Below, piece after piece: positions 38,538 to 48,729 of a stretch of 64,000 bases of DNA. A program made the position numbers and the translations under genes. Under the pieces are notes generated by a model. It saw only the letters and a list, made by a program, of their open reading frames with translations, searched no databases and was not told the origin of the DNA. The first letter of the stretch is position 1. Each line of letters begins with the position of its first letter. Source of the DNA: Candidatus Versatilivorator sp. (GTDB lineage: Bacteria > Acidobacteriota > Terriglobia > Versatilivoradales > Versatilivoraceae); the NCBI GenBank assembly GCA_965207735.1, contig OZ242296.1, forward strand, positions 2,336,001 to 2,400,000. The letters are read 5' to 3'.

Positions 38538-38897
38538 AGTGGAGAGTGGAGAGTGGAAAGTGGAGAGTGATGAATGATGAATGATGAATGATGAATGGAG
38601 AGTGGTCAGTGGAATCCCGCCCCGCTGAGTGGATCGTTCGAGGGGAAGAGGCCGATTGTTTATGAAGGCGAACCACGAATGGACACGAATCAACACGAAA
38701 AAGCCAAGGCACGGATAGACCTGCTTCATCGACAAACGGCACCCAAATGCTTTTGCAGCTCCTTCGTGCCCCTTCGTATTCCTTCGCGTCCCTTCGTGAT
38801 TAACTCTTTTCCCCATCCTTAACCCATCGACCGAATAACTCTTCACTCTCCACTGTTCACTCTCCACTTCTTATTCCTCATTCATCATTCATCATTC
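38538..38897. mobile_element. Non-autonomous heptamer-armed element (GGAGAGT/ATGAATG arms, inner 10-mer CACGAA/CTTCGT repeats)
   Basis: Homologous to 34141-34585; supplies the aroDE C-terminus (NDE) and stop. Confidence 0.7.
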
Positions 38898-40390
38898 CCC
38901 GACAATTGCCTCAGGGCGACTTCCCGCATCTCCTGCAGGGGCGCCTCGCGTCCGGTCCACAGATAGCACTGCCTGGCGGCTTGCCCGACAAACATGTCCA
39001 GGCCGCTCACCACCCGGGACTGTTTTCGGGCTTCCCCAAGCAGCCGGGTCTCCAGGGGATTGTAGACCATATCGAACACCGTGCCGTACCTCAGCCCCTC
39101 CCCGGCCACCGGACTCTCATGGATAGAGGGAGACATGCCCACGGGGGTGGCGTTGATCAAGAGATCGCCGCTGTAACGGCTGGAACGGTCCAGGGAATCC
39201 GCCTCGAACCCAAAGTCTCCAGCCAGAGCCTCCGCTTTGGACTCGTTGCGGGCCAGGACGGTGACGCGCCAATGGGCTTCCTTCAACACGGCGGCCGCAG
39301 AGCGGGCGGCTCCGCCGGCTCCCAGCAGGACGGCCACGCCCGGTGAGCCATGCAGGCAGCCGCGCAAGGCGTGGCGAACGCCGTCCAGGTCGGTATTGTA
39401 AGCCCACAGGCCGTTTTCCCGCCGGACCAGGGTGTTGGCCGCCCCGCTTGCTTCCACGCTGGGGTGCCGTTCGTCCACGTACCGCAGCACGCCGACCTTG
39501 TGTGGAAGGGTGACGCTGAGCCCGCCGAAGCGTTCCAGATAGGGCGCGAACGCCTCCAGGCTGGGCGTGGGCAGAGGCAGGTAACGACAGTTCAGCCCGA
39601 GCTGCCGGAAGGCGTGATTGTGCACCTGGGGAGACAGGGAGTGACCGATGGGATGGCCGATCACGCCAAATAAAAGAGTGTCGGAATCGATGCCGTTCAA
39701 GCCGTAGACGCCTTTCAGGTCCCGAGAGGTGAACTGTCCCGGGGCCGTCTCCTGTCCCGCGCGTGCGGATGCGTAGGTCAGCATGGCTCCCCGGCTGGGA
39801 GCCACCAGTCGGGAATAGGCACCCAGGTCCCCCATGGCCACCGCAATGATGGGAATATTCTGCCGCCTGGCTCGCGATACCAGCTCCAGCAGGCGAAAAT
39901 TGTCGGCAAAACCGGCCGCCAGGGTAGCGATCTTCACCACGTCGGCCTTCACCGCCAGTATCCGCCGGAAAATGGACTGGAGATCCGAGGGAGTTTCCCG
40001 GAAGTTGTGGTAGGACCCGATCAACCGCCAGGACCCGGCCCTGATCTTTGTCAGCCGTGGGGAATCTACGGCCTCCAGCGTCTCCACCTCTATATCCAGA
40101 AAGGAGAACCCGGCCCCGCCGATCTTCCCCAACATCTCCAACTGTTCGACTGCGCCGCCTGCGAACCGCCCCCCAAACGGTATTCTGCGAAGCGTCCCGA
40201 TTACCGGCACACCCGCCAGAGATACCCAGCGCCGCATCCGTTCCAGGGTCAGTAAAGAGGGATCCAGAAAGTCGAGCCGAAACTCAATCAAGTCCGAATC
40301 CTGGCGGCTCCTCAAAACGGCCGCTTCGAAGTCACCGGGGGCGCACTCCCGGATAACGGTGCATATTTTTCCGTTGGGAGATGGGGACAT
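38885..40390 (-). CDS. aroE: Bifunctional type I 3-dehydroquinate dehydratase / shikimate dehydrogenase (AroD-AroE fusion)
   Basis: N-terminal IEFRLDFL, IGSYHNF..TP, TAPGQ; C-terminal GHPIGHSLSP..HN, SVTLPHK, NTD, LGAGGAAR, NATPVGM, DMVYNP. Confidence 0.92.
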   Translation of the reverse strand: MSPSPNGKICTVIRECAPGDFEAAVLRSRQDSDLIEFRLDFLDPSLLTLERMRRWVSLAGVPVIGTLRRIPFGGRFAGGAVEQLEMLGKIGGAGFSFLDIEVETLEAVDSPRLTKIRAGSWRLIGSYHNFRETPSDLQSIFRRILAVKADVVKIATLAAGFADNFRLLELVSRARRQNIPIIAVAMGDLGAYSRLVAPSRGAMLTYASARAGQETAPGQFTSRDLKGVYGLNGIDSDTLLFGVIGHPIGHSLSPQVHNHAFRQLGLNCRYLPLPTPSLEAFAPYLERFGGLSVTLPHKVGVLRYVDERHPSVEASGAANTLVRRENGLWAYNTDLDGVRHALRGCLHGSPGVAVLLGAGGAARSAAAVLKEAHWRVTVLARNESKAEALAGDFGFEADSLDRSSRYSGDLLINATPVGMSPSIHESPVAGEGLRYGTVFDMVYNPLETRLLGEARKQSRVVSGLDMFVGQAARQCYLWTGREAPLQEMREVALRQLSGNDE

Positions 40391-40554
40391 TGGTGGTGGC
40401 GCGGGAATGGCGCTTGTCGGGACCGAATGGGCAGCGGCGTTCAGCTTGCTCCGATACGGGAACGGCGGTTAATTCACGAGTCTAGCATAAGCCTTTTCCC
40501 GGCGCCAAGTTGACCGGCTCCCCTGGGCTCCCCGGGGTCGGTTCCCCCGGGCGT

Positions 40555-41118
40555 TCATCGGACCGGACCTCCTTCCTCTCGAAAGACCGTCGCGGTGAAC
40601 CTCTCGACCGTGGCGCCGTTCTTCCAGGCCTGGGGAGACAGGCCCGCCTTCAGGCAGGTCTGTTCCAGAAACTGCTCCGGGGTCCAACCACGCTCGACCG
40701 CCACCTTGGGCAGCAACAGGCCACGGCGATCCCCCTGGCTGACCAGCAGGCCATGGGTCCCCACCAGGATGTCGGCAGCGCCGGCGGCCTGGTCGAGCCC
40801 CGAGAGTACCGAGAGTTCGATTTCGGTGTCGGGAAGGTCCGTCAGGCTCAAGGGCCGAAACCTCGCGTCCTCGACCGCGGCAGAGACGGCGCACTCCGCC
40901 ACGGCCCGGCAGAGGGGCGTCAAGGGCCGGACGTAGCCGACACACCCGCGCAGACGCCCCCTGAGGTAGAGTGTGACGAATGCGCCCCGTTTCTGCAGAA
41001 GTTCCCGAGCAGACGGTAGATCGGTCGCGGGCCGCACTCCCGACCGCAGGTAGGCATCAATCGTCGAGCGGGCGGCCTTGAGGAGATAGTCCCGCGCGGA
41101 ATTATTGAGTGGGTACAT
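40555..41118 (-). CDS. AMMECR1-domain protein (AmmeMemoRadiSam system protein A)
   Basis: GAFVTL...GRLRGCVG, IELSVLS, RGLLLPKVA.E.GW, TCLKAGL. Confidence 0.92.
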   Translation of the reverse strand: MYPLNNSARDYLLKAARSTIDAYLRSGVRPATDLPSARELLQKRGAFVTLYLRGRLRGCVGYVRPLTPLCRAVAECAVSAAVEDARFRPLSLTDLPDTEIELSVLSGLDQAAGAADILVGTHGLLVSQGDRRGLLLPKVAVERGWTPEQFLEQTCLKAGLSPQAWKNGATVERFTATVFREEGGPVR

Positions 41119-41725
41119 CGCCCCGGCTTTTCTTCAGAAGGACGGACTTTTCACTGCGGCTCGCCTGACTGCGGATGCCGACCGCCTTCCAGAACTTGCG
41201 GAAATAGTCGACGGCCGAGACCAGGGCGAGGATGACCGTCAGCCAGAGCGCGGCCAGGCTGAGCGGCTTCAACCAGAAGACAAGATTGCTCAGAATGATG
41301 AGGGTGACGGCCAGCACCTGCGAGACCATCTTGATTTTCCCCAGCTCCGAGGCATCGATATTGAATCCCCGGTTGGCCGCGATGCTGCGGAGACCGGTGA
41401 TGGCCAGTTCCCGCCCGATAATGATGACCACCATCCAGGCAGGCGCCCAACCGAGCTCCACCAGAGAAATGAATGCGGCCGAGATCAGCAACTTGTCTGC
41501 AATCGGGTCCAGGAGTATGCCGAGCGTGGTCACCTGCCGGCGCCGGCGGGCCAGGTAGCCGTCGAAGTAGTCGGTGATGGAAGCACCGAGAAAGATCACG
41601 GTGGCCAGGATGACGGAGAGGCTTTCGACCTGCCGTCCCGGATTGTAAACGCGGGTGAGAAGGACAACCACCAGCAGCGGGACTGCAAAGATACGGGACA
41701 GGGTCAGCAGATTTGGAAGATTCAT
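41102..41725 (-). CDS. pgsA: CDP-diacylglycerol--glycerol-3-phosphate 3-phosphatidyltransferase
   Basis: MNLPNLLTLSRI, TDYFDGYLARR, LDPIADKLL, GRELAITGLR. Confidence 0.95.
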   Translation of the reverse strand: MNLPNLLTLSRIFAVPLLVVVLLTRVYNPGRQVESLSVILATVIFLGASITDYFDGYLARRRRQVTTLGILLDPIADKLLISAAFISLVELGWAPAWMVVIIIGRELAITGLRSIAANRGFNIDASELGKIKMVSQVLAVTLIILSNLVFWLKPLSLAALWLTVILALVSAVDYFRKFWKAVGIRSQASRSEKSVLLKKSRGDVPTQ

Positions 41726-41779
41726 GGAAAGAGTCTGATTTCTTTTAAGGCGGAATTCAACCGGAAAACAACTGCCTCG

Positions 41780-44700
41780 CTAGAAGCGTATGACACCGCG
41801 AACCCGAACCCCATTGTACGACTTGCCCGCGGGGCGGATCCGGCGTTCGGTTTCCAGGCTCATGGTGGCCGAGCGCCCCACGGCCATCCGGCCGCCCATC
41901 CGGTATCGCCGGCCCTGCCCTCGGGCCAGGCCCACCGCTCCGTAGGGAGTCAGCACTCCCCGTCCCTGCAGGGCCGAAATTCCGTAGCCGAACCGCGTAT
42001 CCAGGCGGGTTGCCGGGGCGTCCAGCATGGCCGGGTCGGCGGCGCTGATCTCCCAGAGGCGCTGCATGCCGTTGGTGGTGTCTCCCCAGGAGGGCGCCAC
42101 GGTCACCGAGGGGCCGTAGTGGGCGGAACGAGGAGCATAGCGAATCCTGGCGCCGAAGCCCCACTCCTGCCGCGCGCCCTGGTGAAGGGCCAGCCAACGG
42201 CCGTAGCCTTCTGAACTCCACCCCGTCGCCGGATTCCGGTAGCGCAGGCCACCGCCGAGTTCGAGGCCGGCACCGGTCTCTCCGTCACCGCCGTCGTGGC
42301 GCACGCCCACCTCTCCCCATGGCGTGAGCGAACCGCCGCCGGCAAACCGGTAATCGTGGCTGGCCTCGGTGCTCAAGCGCAGCCGGCTCAGGCCGGCCGT
42401 CATCGCTGTGAACAGTCCTCCGTCCCCCTCGGCGTCAAGCCGCGCCACTGCCGCCTCGCCCTTCATCCTCAGCTTGGTCGACTCTTTGGCCAGGATGAGG
42501 CCGCTGACGCCTACCAAGCCGGAGTCCAGCGTCGCCCCGCTGGTCCGGGGATCACCGACGACGTCGTCGGTGATGGTAATTTCCCCCCGGGCGTGACCGA
42601 CCGTCGCCCAAACGTCCAGGTCGGGCGAGGGCGACCAGGCCAGGTAGGGATGGACACCCGTCATGCCCACGTCGTAGACGCCGCCCCCCGCGCCCGCCCC
42701 GGCCGCGCGGTAGTCGAACTCCCCTGTAGAACGGGAAATGGACAGCCCGGCCAGCAGGTTGGAACCAATCCTCACGTCGGCCCCCACGTGCACGCCCACG
42801 ATCCCGCCGTTCCAGTTGACGGCGCCCTCCCGGCCGCCTCCCGACAGGTTGTTGTAATTTCCGCAGCCCCAGGCGGCGAAACGTCCGGAACCGCCGTCGT
42901 CATCACTGGAGGGAATCAGAAATGAGGGATCGCCCAGCACCTGTTCCAGGGGCAGCGGCTCGCCGCCTGTCCGGGTCCACCCGCTGGAAGTCGGCACCAG
43001 GTAGGGCGCCAGGTGGATAATCGGTTCCTCCGCCCCGGGGGGGGTGATGCCCGAGATCACCTGATCCATGCGACACCTGACAGCGCTGAAAGCCAGAGCC
43101 CGTCCGATCTCCGGAAGGACAGTACGGTTCACCAGTTCAATGCGCCGCTCCGCGTCGTCGGTGATGGTTCCCGCCCCCGTATCGTCGTCCAGGGTGATCC
43201 CCACCGGGTCGCTCAATTCCAGGCTGAACTGCTCGGTGGCCTCCACCACGTCGTCAGCCAGCGTGGTCACCGTGATGACGCTGCTGGTTTCCCCCGGCTG
43301 GAAGCTCAGGGTGCCCGAGGCTGCGGTAAAGTCCGAGCCCGCCAGCGCCGTCCCGTCTACCGTGCGGTAGCTGACCGTCACCACCCGCCCGCTGGAGGCG
43401 TCCAGTTGCACCGGGAACTCGGCCGTTTCGCCTTCACTCACGGATGGCGCATCCTCGATCGTCAACCCCGGCGGTTCGTCGTTGTCGGTGATCCTCGCGG
43501 TTGCCGTCCCGTCCGACACCGTGGCCCCCACGGCTTCGCCCAACTCCACCGTGAAGCTCTCTTCCGCCTCCGAAACCGCGTCGTCCAGAGTCGCCACCAC
43601 AATGGTGTGCGTCGTCTCCCCTGGTTGGAAAGTGACTGTCCCCGTGTTCGCCGTGTAATCCGAACCAGCCTCGGCGGTCCCGTCCACCGTGCGGTAGCTG
43701 ACTGTCACCACCCGCCCGCTCTCCGCGCTCAGCCGTACCAGGAACTCCGCCGTATCCCCTTCGACTACCGCTGGCGCATCCTCGATCGTCAACCCCGGCA
43801 GTTCGTCGTTGTCGCTGACCGTCCCCGTTGCCGTCGCATCCGACAGCGTCGCCCCCACGGCTTCGCTCAGCTCCACCGTGAATTTTTCTTCGGATTCCGA
43901 GATCGCATCGTCCAACACGGCCACCGAGATGGTCAGCACCGTCTCACCCGGCTCGAAGCGTAGCGTCCCCGAGGTGTCCGTGTAGTCCGAATCTGCTACC
44001 GCCGTCCCGTCCACCGTGCGGTACTTGACCGTTATCACCCGACCGCTCACGGCGCTCAGGCGTACCGGGAACTCTGCCGTACCCCCTTCGACTACCGCCG
44101 GCGCATCCTCGATGGTCAGCGCAGGCAGTTCGTCGTTGTCGGTGATCGTGCCTTCGCCGGTGTCGTCGTCCAACCTGGCCCCCTTCGGATTGCTCAAGAC
44201 CACGGTGAAGCCTTCCTCTGTCTCCGGAACCGAGTCGTCCAGAACTGCCACCGAGATGGTCCGAGCGGTCTCGCCCGGCTCAAAGCTCAGCCTTCCCGAG
44301 ACCGCCGTGTAATCCGTGCCCGCCTCCGCCGTGTCGTCCGCCGTGGCATAGTCCACCGTCACCACATGCCCCCTGGCTGAACTGAGCCGCACCATGAACT
44401 CGGCCGTACCCCCCTCCAACACCGGCGGCGCATCCTCGATGGTCAGCGCCGGAAGCCCGATTGCGGCGTCTATGATGGTCCCCTCTCCGGTATCGTCGTT
44501 CAGACTTGCCCCGGAGGGGTTGCTCAGCGTTACCGTGAAGCGTTCCTCTGCCTCCTGCTCACTATCCTCCAGGGTCGGCACCGAGATGGTCTGGCTGGTT
44601 TCTCCCACCGCAAAGGTCAGCGTCCCCGTCGCCGCCGTGTAATCCGTGCCCGCCTCCGCCGTGTCGTCCGCCGTGGCATAGTCCACCGTCACCGTCTCCG

Positions 44701-47700
44701 TGGCGGCCGGGCTCAACCTCACCTCGAACCGGGCCGTCTCCCCTTCCTCGACCAACGCGTTTCCGATGGACAACTCGGGTATGGCGGGGCCGCCGTCGTT
44801 GTCCGTGATCGTCCCTTCTCCCGCGTCGTCGTTCAGCGTAGCCCCCGAGGGGTTGCTCAGGGTCACCGTGAAACGTTCGTCCGACTCCTGCTCGCTGTCG
44901 TCCAGGGTCGGCACCGAGATGGTCTGGCTGGTTTCTCCCGCTGTAAAGGTCAGCGTCCCCATCGTCGCCGTGAAATCCGTGCCCGCTTCCGCCGTGTCGT
45001 CCGCCGTGGCATAGTCCACCGTCACCGTCTCTGCGGCGGACGGGCTCAACCTCACCTCGAACCGGGCTGTCTCCCCCTCCTCGACCAACGCGTTTCCGAT
45101 GGACAACTCGGGTATGGCGGGGCCGCCGTCGTTGTCCGTGATCGTCCCTTCTCCCGCGTCGTCGTTCAGCGTAGCCCCCGAGGGGTTGCTCAGGGTCACC
45201 GTGAAACGTTCGTCCGACTCCTGCTCGCTGTCGTCCAGGGTCGGCACCGAGATGGTCTGGCTGGTTTCTCCCGCTGTAAAGGTCAGCGTCCCCATCGTCG
45301 CCGTGAAATCCGTGCCCGCTTCCGCCGTGTCGTCCGCCGTGGCATAGTCCACCGTCACCGTCTCTGCGGCGGACGGGCTCAACCTCACCTCGAACCGGGC
45401 TGTCTCCCCCTCCTCGACCAACACGTTTCCGATGGACAACTCGGGCAGGCCGTCGTTGTCCGTGATCGTCCCTTCTCCCGTATCGTCGTTCAGTGAAGCC
45501 CCCGAGGGGTTGCTCAAGGATACCGTGAAGCGTTCCTCCGACTCCTGTTCACTATCGTCCAGTGTCGGCACCAGGATGGTGTGGGTTGTCTCCCCGGGAG
45601 TGAACGTCAGCATGCCCGAGGTCGAGGTATAGTCGGTCCCCGCCTCCGCCGTCCCGTCCATTGTCTCGAAGTCCACCGTCACCGCCACACTGCTCTCACC
45701 GCTCAGTCGCACCACGAACTCCGACGTGCCCCCTTCGACCACCGGGGGCGCGTCGTCGATCGCCAGCACCACCGGATGGTCGTTGTCGGTGATGGTCCCC
45801 TCCCCGGTGTCGGCGCTCAGGTTCGCCCCCGAGGGGTTGCTCAGGGTCACCGTGAAGTGTTCCTCCGACTCCTGTTCACTGTCGTCCAGCGTCGTCACCA
45901 GGATAGTCTGAGTTGTTTCCCCGGGAGTGAACGTCAGCATGCCCGAGGTCGAGGTATAGTCGGTCCCCGCCTCCGCCGTGTCGTCCGCGGTGGCATAGTC
46001 CACCGTCACCGTCTCTGTGGCGGCCGGGCTCAACCTCACCTCGAACCGGGCCGTTTCACCCTCCCGGACCAACGTGTTTCCGATGGACAGCTCCGGCATG
46101 GTGGGGCCGCCGTCGTTGTCCGTGATCGTTCCTTCCCCCATGTCGTCGTTCAGCATGGCTCCCGAGGGGTTGCTCAAGGTCACCATGAAGCGTTCGTCCG
46201 ACTCCTGCTCACTATCGTCCAGCGTCGGCACCGAGATAGTCTGGACTGACTGTCCCAGCGTGAAGGTCAGCGTGCCCGACGTCTCTGCGTAATCCGTGCC
46301 TGCCACGGCCGTATCGTCGGCCGTGGCGTAAGACACCGTCACCGTCTCCCGGCTGGTCGGAGTCAACCTCACCTCGAACTGGGCCGTTTCCCCTTCTTCG
46401 ACCAAGGCGTTTCCGATGGAGAGCTTCGGCAGTTCATCGTCCGTTATGGTCCCCGCCCCGACGGCGTCACCCAGTCCCACGCCGACGGAGTTGCTTAAAA
46501 CCACCGTGAAGCCTTCCTCCGACTCCGGAACGGTGTCGTCCAATGTCGGCACCGAGATGGTCTGTTGGGTTACTCCCACCCCGAAGGAAAGAGTGCCCGA
46601 GGTCGCCGTGTAGTCGGAACCCGCTTTCGCCGTCCCGTCCACCGTCTCGTAGTCCACCAACACCGTCACGCCAACCACCAGGTTCAGAGTCACCAGGAAC
46701 TCCGCCGTGCCCCCCTCCTGAACCGACGCATCTCCGATGGACAGGTTGATCGGAATGAGGCCACCACCGTCACCACCACCGTCACCACCACCGTCACCGC
46801 CACCGTCACCGCCGCCATCGCCGCCGCCATCGCCGTCGTCGTCGATGATGGTCCCTTCTCCGGTGGCGTCGTTCAGCGTGGCTCCACCGGTGGGGCTGCT
46901 CAGGTTCACCATGAAGCGTTCCTCGGATTCCTGCTCGCTGTCGTTGATGGTCGGCACCGGGATCGTCATCGTCGTCTGTCCCGCCGTGAAGGTCAGCGTC
47001 CCCATCGTCGAGGTGTAGTCGTCGGGCTCCGTGGCCGTGTCGTCCGAGGTGGCATAGGCCACCGTCACCGTCTGGTTGGCGGCCGGCAACAATCTCACCT
47101 CGAACTGGGCCGTGCCTCCCTCCTGCACGGAGGCGTTTCCGATGGAGAGCTCGGGCGTGGCAGGGCCTCCGTCGTTGTCGGTGATGGTCCCTTCTCCCAT
47201 GGTCTGGTTCAGCCTGGCCCCCGTGGGATTGCTCAGGGTCACCCTGAAGCGCTCGTCCGACTCCTGCTGATTGTCGTCTATGGTCGGCACCGAGATGGTC
47301 ATCATCGTCTGCCCCGGCGTAAAGGTCAGCGTCCCCGATGTCGAGGTGTAGTCGTCGGGCTCCGTGGCCGTGTCGTCCGAGGTGGCATAGGCCACCGTCA
47401 CCGTCCGGTCGCTGGCCGGGCTCAGCCTCACGTCGAACCGGGCCGTGCCCCCTTCCACAACCGGGGCGCGGGCGTTTCCTATGGAGAGCTCCGGCAGGTC
47501 GTCGTCCGCAATGATCCCCTCGGCGGTGGCGTCAGCCAGTTTGGCCCCGACGGGATTGCGCAGGGTCACCCTGAAGCGTTCCTCCGGCTCGTGGAATTCG
47601 TCCTCCACCGTTGGCACGTCTATGTACTCGACAGTCTGTCCCGAAGTGAAGGTCAGAGTTCCCGTTTGCGCCGTGTAGTCGTCGTCCGCCACCGCGGTGC

Positions 47701-48370
47701 CGTCCGCCGTGGCGAACTCCACCGTCACATCCTCGTCTCGCGAGGTGCTCATCCTAACCTCGAACCGGGCCGTGTCCCCTTCCACAACCGGGACATCCGC
47801 GATCGACAGGCTGGGCAGGAAGGCATCGCCGTCGTCGTCGATGACCCGGACGGTCACCTTGGCGATCCCATGCAGCCGCGGCGGACAGTTGGAGTCCTCA
47901 TCCCACACCTCGTGGGTGAACTCTATGACCTCATTCTCCTTGTCGGCGTCCTCAACCGCTTCGATCGAGATCCTTCGCGGCCGGGTTGCCGCATTGGGGT
48001 TCTGCGTGTTGTCCACATCGATTTCCCAGCCGATCGACGGCGTCCACTTGATGCCGTTGTAGCCTTCGGGGTCGTCATGGTTATCGGGACGCTTCGATCC
48101 GTCGGCGTGCACGAAGCACCACCATCCGTCGGCGGCCGGTTGCCTGGTCAACCACAAGCTGTAGCTACCCTTTTCCCCTTCCACGATTTCCACGACCTGG
48201 TGCGACACCGCCACCGTCCCATCCCACGTGTGGATCGGGGCATCGTCCTGGGCCTGGACCGGCAGAGCCGCCATGCTTGCCAACAGCACCGACAACGGGA
48301 TGGCGACAGCGGCCAGACGCCGGCCTCGGGAGTGCAGAGACCGGCGCTGTTTTCGGGTGTGCTTCAGCAT
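41780..48370 (-). CDS. 2196-aa surface protein: signal peptide, 14 Calx-beta repeats, C-terminal autotransporter-like beta-barrel
   Basis: Repeats LSIGNA.VEEGE.A.F.V.L...V.V.YAT.DDTA.AG.DY....GTLTF..G...E.F.V.LSNP.GA; C-terminal PWGEVGVRHDGGDGETGAGLELGGG; terminal Phe. Confidence 0.9.
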   Translation of the reverse strand: MLKHTRKQRRSLHSRGRRLAAVAIPLSVLLASMAALPVQAQDDAPIHTWDGTVAVSHQVVEIVEGEKGSYSLWLTRQPAADGWWCFVHADGSKRPDNHDDPEGYNGIKWTPSIGWEIDVDNTQNPNAATRPRRISIEAVEDADKENEVIEFTHEVWDEDSNCPPRLHGIAKVTVRVIDDDGDAFLPSLSIADVPVVEGDTARFEVRMSTSRDEDVTVEFATADGTAVADDDYTAQTGTLTFTSGQTVEYIDVPTVEDEFHEPEERFRVTLRNPVGAKLADATAEGIIADDDLPELSIGNARAPVVEGGTARFDVRLSPASDRTVTVAYATSDDTATEPDDYTSTSGTLTFTPGQTMMTISVPTIDDNQQESDERFRVTLSNPTGARLNQTMGEGTITDNDGGPATPELSIGNASVQEGGTAQFEVRLLPAANQTVTVAYATSDDTATEPDDYTSTMGTLTFTAGQTTMTIPVPTINDSEQESEERFMVNLSSPTGGATLNDATGEGTIIDDDGDGGGDGGGDGGGDGGGDGGGDGGGLIPINLSIGDASVQEGGTAEFLVTLNLVVGVTVLVDYETVDGTAKAGSDYTATSGTLSFGVGVTQQTISVPTLDDTVPESEEGFTVVLSNSVGVGLGDAVGAGTITDDELPKLSIGNALVEEGETAQFEVRLTPTSRETVTVSYATADDTAVAGTDYAETSGTLTFTLGQSVQTISVPTLDDSEQESDERFMVTLSNPSGAMLNDDMGEGTITDNDGGPTMPELSIGNTLVREGETARFEVRLSPAATETVTVDYATADDTAEAGTDYTSTSGMLTFTPGETTQTILVTTLDDSEQESEEHFTVTLSNPSGANLSADTGEGTITDNDHPVVLAIDDAPPVVEGGTSEFVVRLSGESSVAVTVDFETMDGTAEAGTDYTSTSGMLTFTPGETTHTILVPTLDDSEQESEERFTVSLSNPSGASLNDDTGEGTITDNDGLPELSIGNVLVEEGETARFEVRLSPSAAETVTVDYATADDTAEAGTDFTATMGTLTFTAGETSQTISVPTLDDSEQESDERFTVTLSNPSGATLNDDAGEGTITDNDGGPAIPELSIGNALVEEGETARFEVRLSPSAAETVTVDYATADDTAEAGTDFTATMGTLTFTAGETSQTISVPTLDDSEQESDERFTVTLSNPSGATLNDDAGEGTITDNDGGPAIPELSIGNALVEEGETARFEVRLSPAATETVTVDYATADDTAEAGTDYTAATGTLTFAVGETSQTISVPTLEDSEQEAEERFTVTLSNPSGASLNDDTGEGTIIDAAIGLPALTIEDAPPVLEGGTAEFMVRLSSARGHVVTVDYATADDTAEAGTDYTAVSGRLSFEPGETARTISVAVLDDSVPETEEGFTVVLSNPKGARLDDDTGEGTITDNDELPALTIEDAPAVVEGGTAEFPVRLSAVSGRVITVKYRTVDGTAVADSDYTDTSGTLRFEPGETVLTISVAVLDDAISESEEKFTVELSEAVGATLSDATATGTVSDNDELPGLTIEDAPAVVEGDTAEFLVRLSAESGRVVTVSYRTVDGTAEAGSDYTANTGTVTFQPGETTHTIVVATLDDAVSEAEESFTVELGEAVGATVSDGTATARITDNDEPPGLTIEDAPSVSEGETAEFPVQLDASSGRVVTVSYRTVDGTALAGSDFTAASGTLSFQPGETSSVITVTTLADDVVEATEQFSLELSDPVGITLDDDTGAGTITDDAERRIELVNRTVLPEIGRALAFSAVRCRMDQVISGITPPGAEEPIIHLAPYLVPTSSGWTRTGGEPLPLEQVLGDPSFLIPSSDDDGGSGRFAAWGCGNYNNLSGGGREGAVNWNGGIVGVHVGADVRIGSNLLAGLSISRSTGEFDYRAAGAGAGGGVYDVGMTGVHPYLAWSPSPDLDVWATVGHARGEITITDDVVGDPRTSGATLDSGLVGVSGLILAKESTKLRMKGEAAVARLDAEGDGGLFTAMTAGLSRLRLSTEASHDYRFAGGGSLTPWGEVGVRHDGGDGETGAGLELGGGLRYRNPATGWSSEGYGRWLALHQGARQEWGFGARIRYAPRSAHYGPSVTVAPSWGDTTNGMQRLWEISAADPAMLDAPATRLDTRFGYGISALQGRGVLTPYGAVGLARGQGRRYRMGGRMAVGRSATMSLETERRIRPAGKSYNGVRVRGVIRF
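44750..45422. repeat. Near-exact 333-bp intragenic tandem duplication (one Calx-beta module)
   Basis: TTCCGATGGACAACTCGGGTATGG at 44761 and 45094; GCTCAACCTCACC at 44711, 45044 and 45377. Confidence 0.9.
46761..46835. repeat. 12-bp VNTR encoding a (GGDG)n linker
   Basis: About six copies of CCRCCRCCRTCR. Confidence 0.85.
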
Positions 48371-48729
48371 CGTGTCTTTCTCAAGACGGCGGCGGGAGTG
48401 CGGCCTCTACCGATTCCACGGGACAGGCAGCGGGCGGGTGCAGGTGCGTCCCGGCGGGCCCCTTCCCCGTCAGGGCGCAGGGCGACACCGGATCGCAGCC
48501 GTGACTGCGCTCTTCGGTCGCGAGCACTCATTGAACAAGGAAAAACTGCCTGCGTCACTGCCACGCCCCCGGCGAGAAATGCGGGCTACGGAGTGTGCAC
48601 CGTCCAACGAATCATACAATATATTCGGGAGGGATACGCAGCCAAGGGGTGGAGGATGGTGGATTTTTCGGCAGGCGCGCAAGCGCAAGCTGTCCAATGA
48701 CTCCATGTCGGGCGCCGCCCTCGCCAGGG

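Noticed and set aside
38500-38742. N-terminal extension of ThrB
   Set aside because: It is a translation of the repeat element (HHSSFI, STLH). The true start is GTG at 38499 with an RBS.
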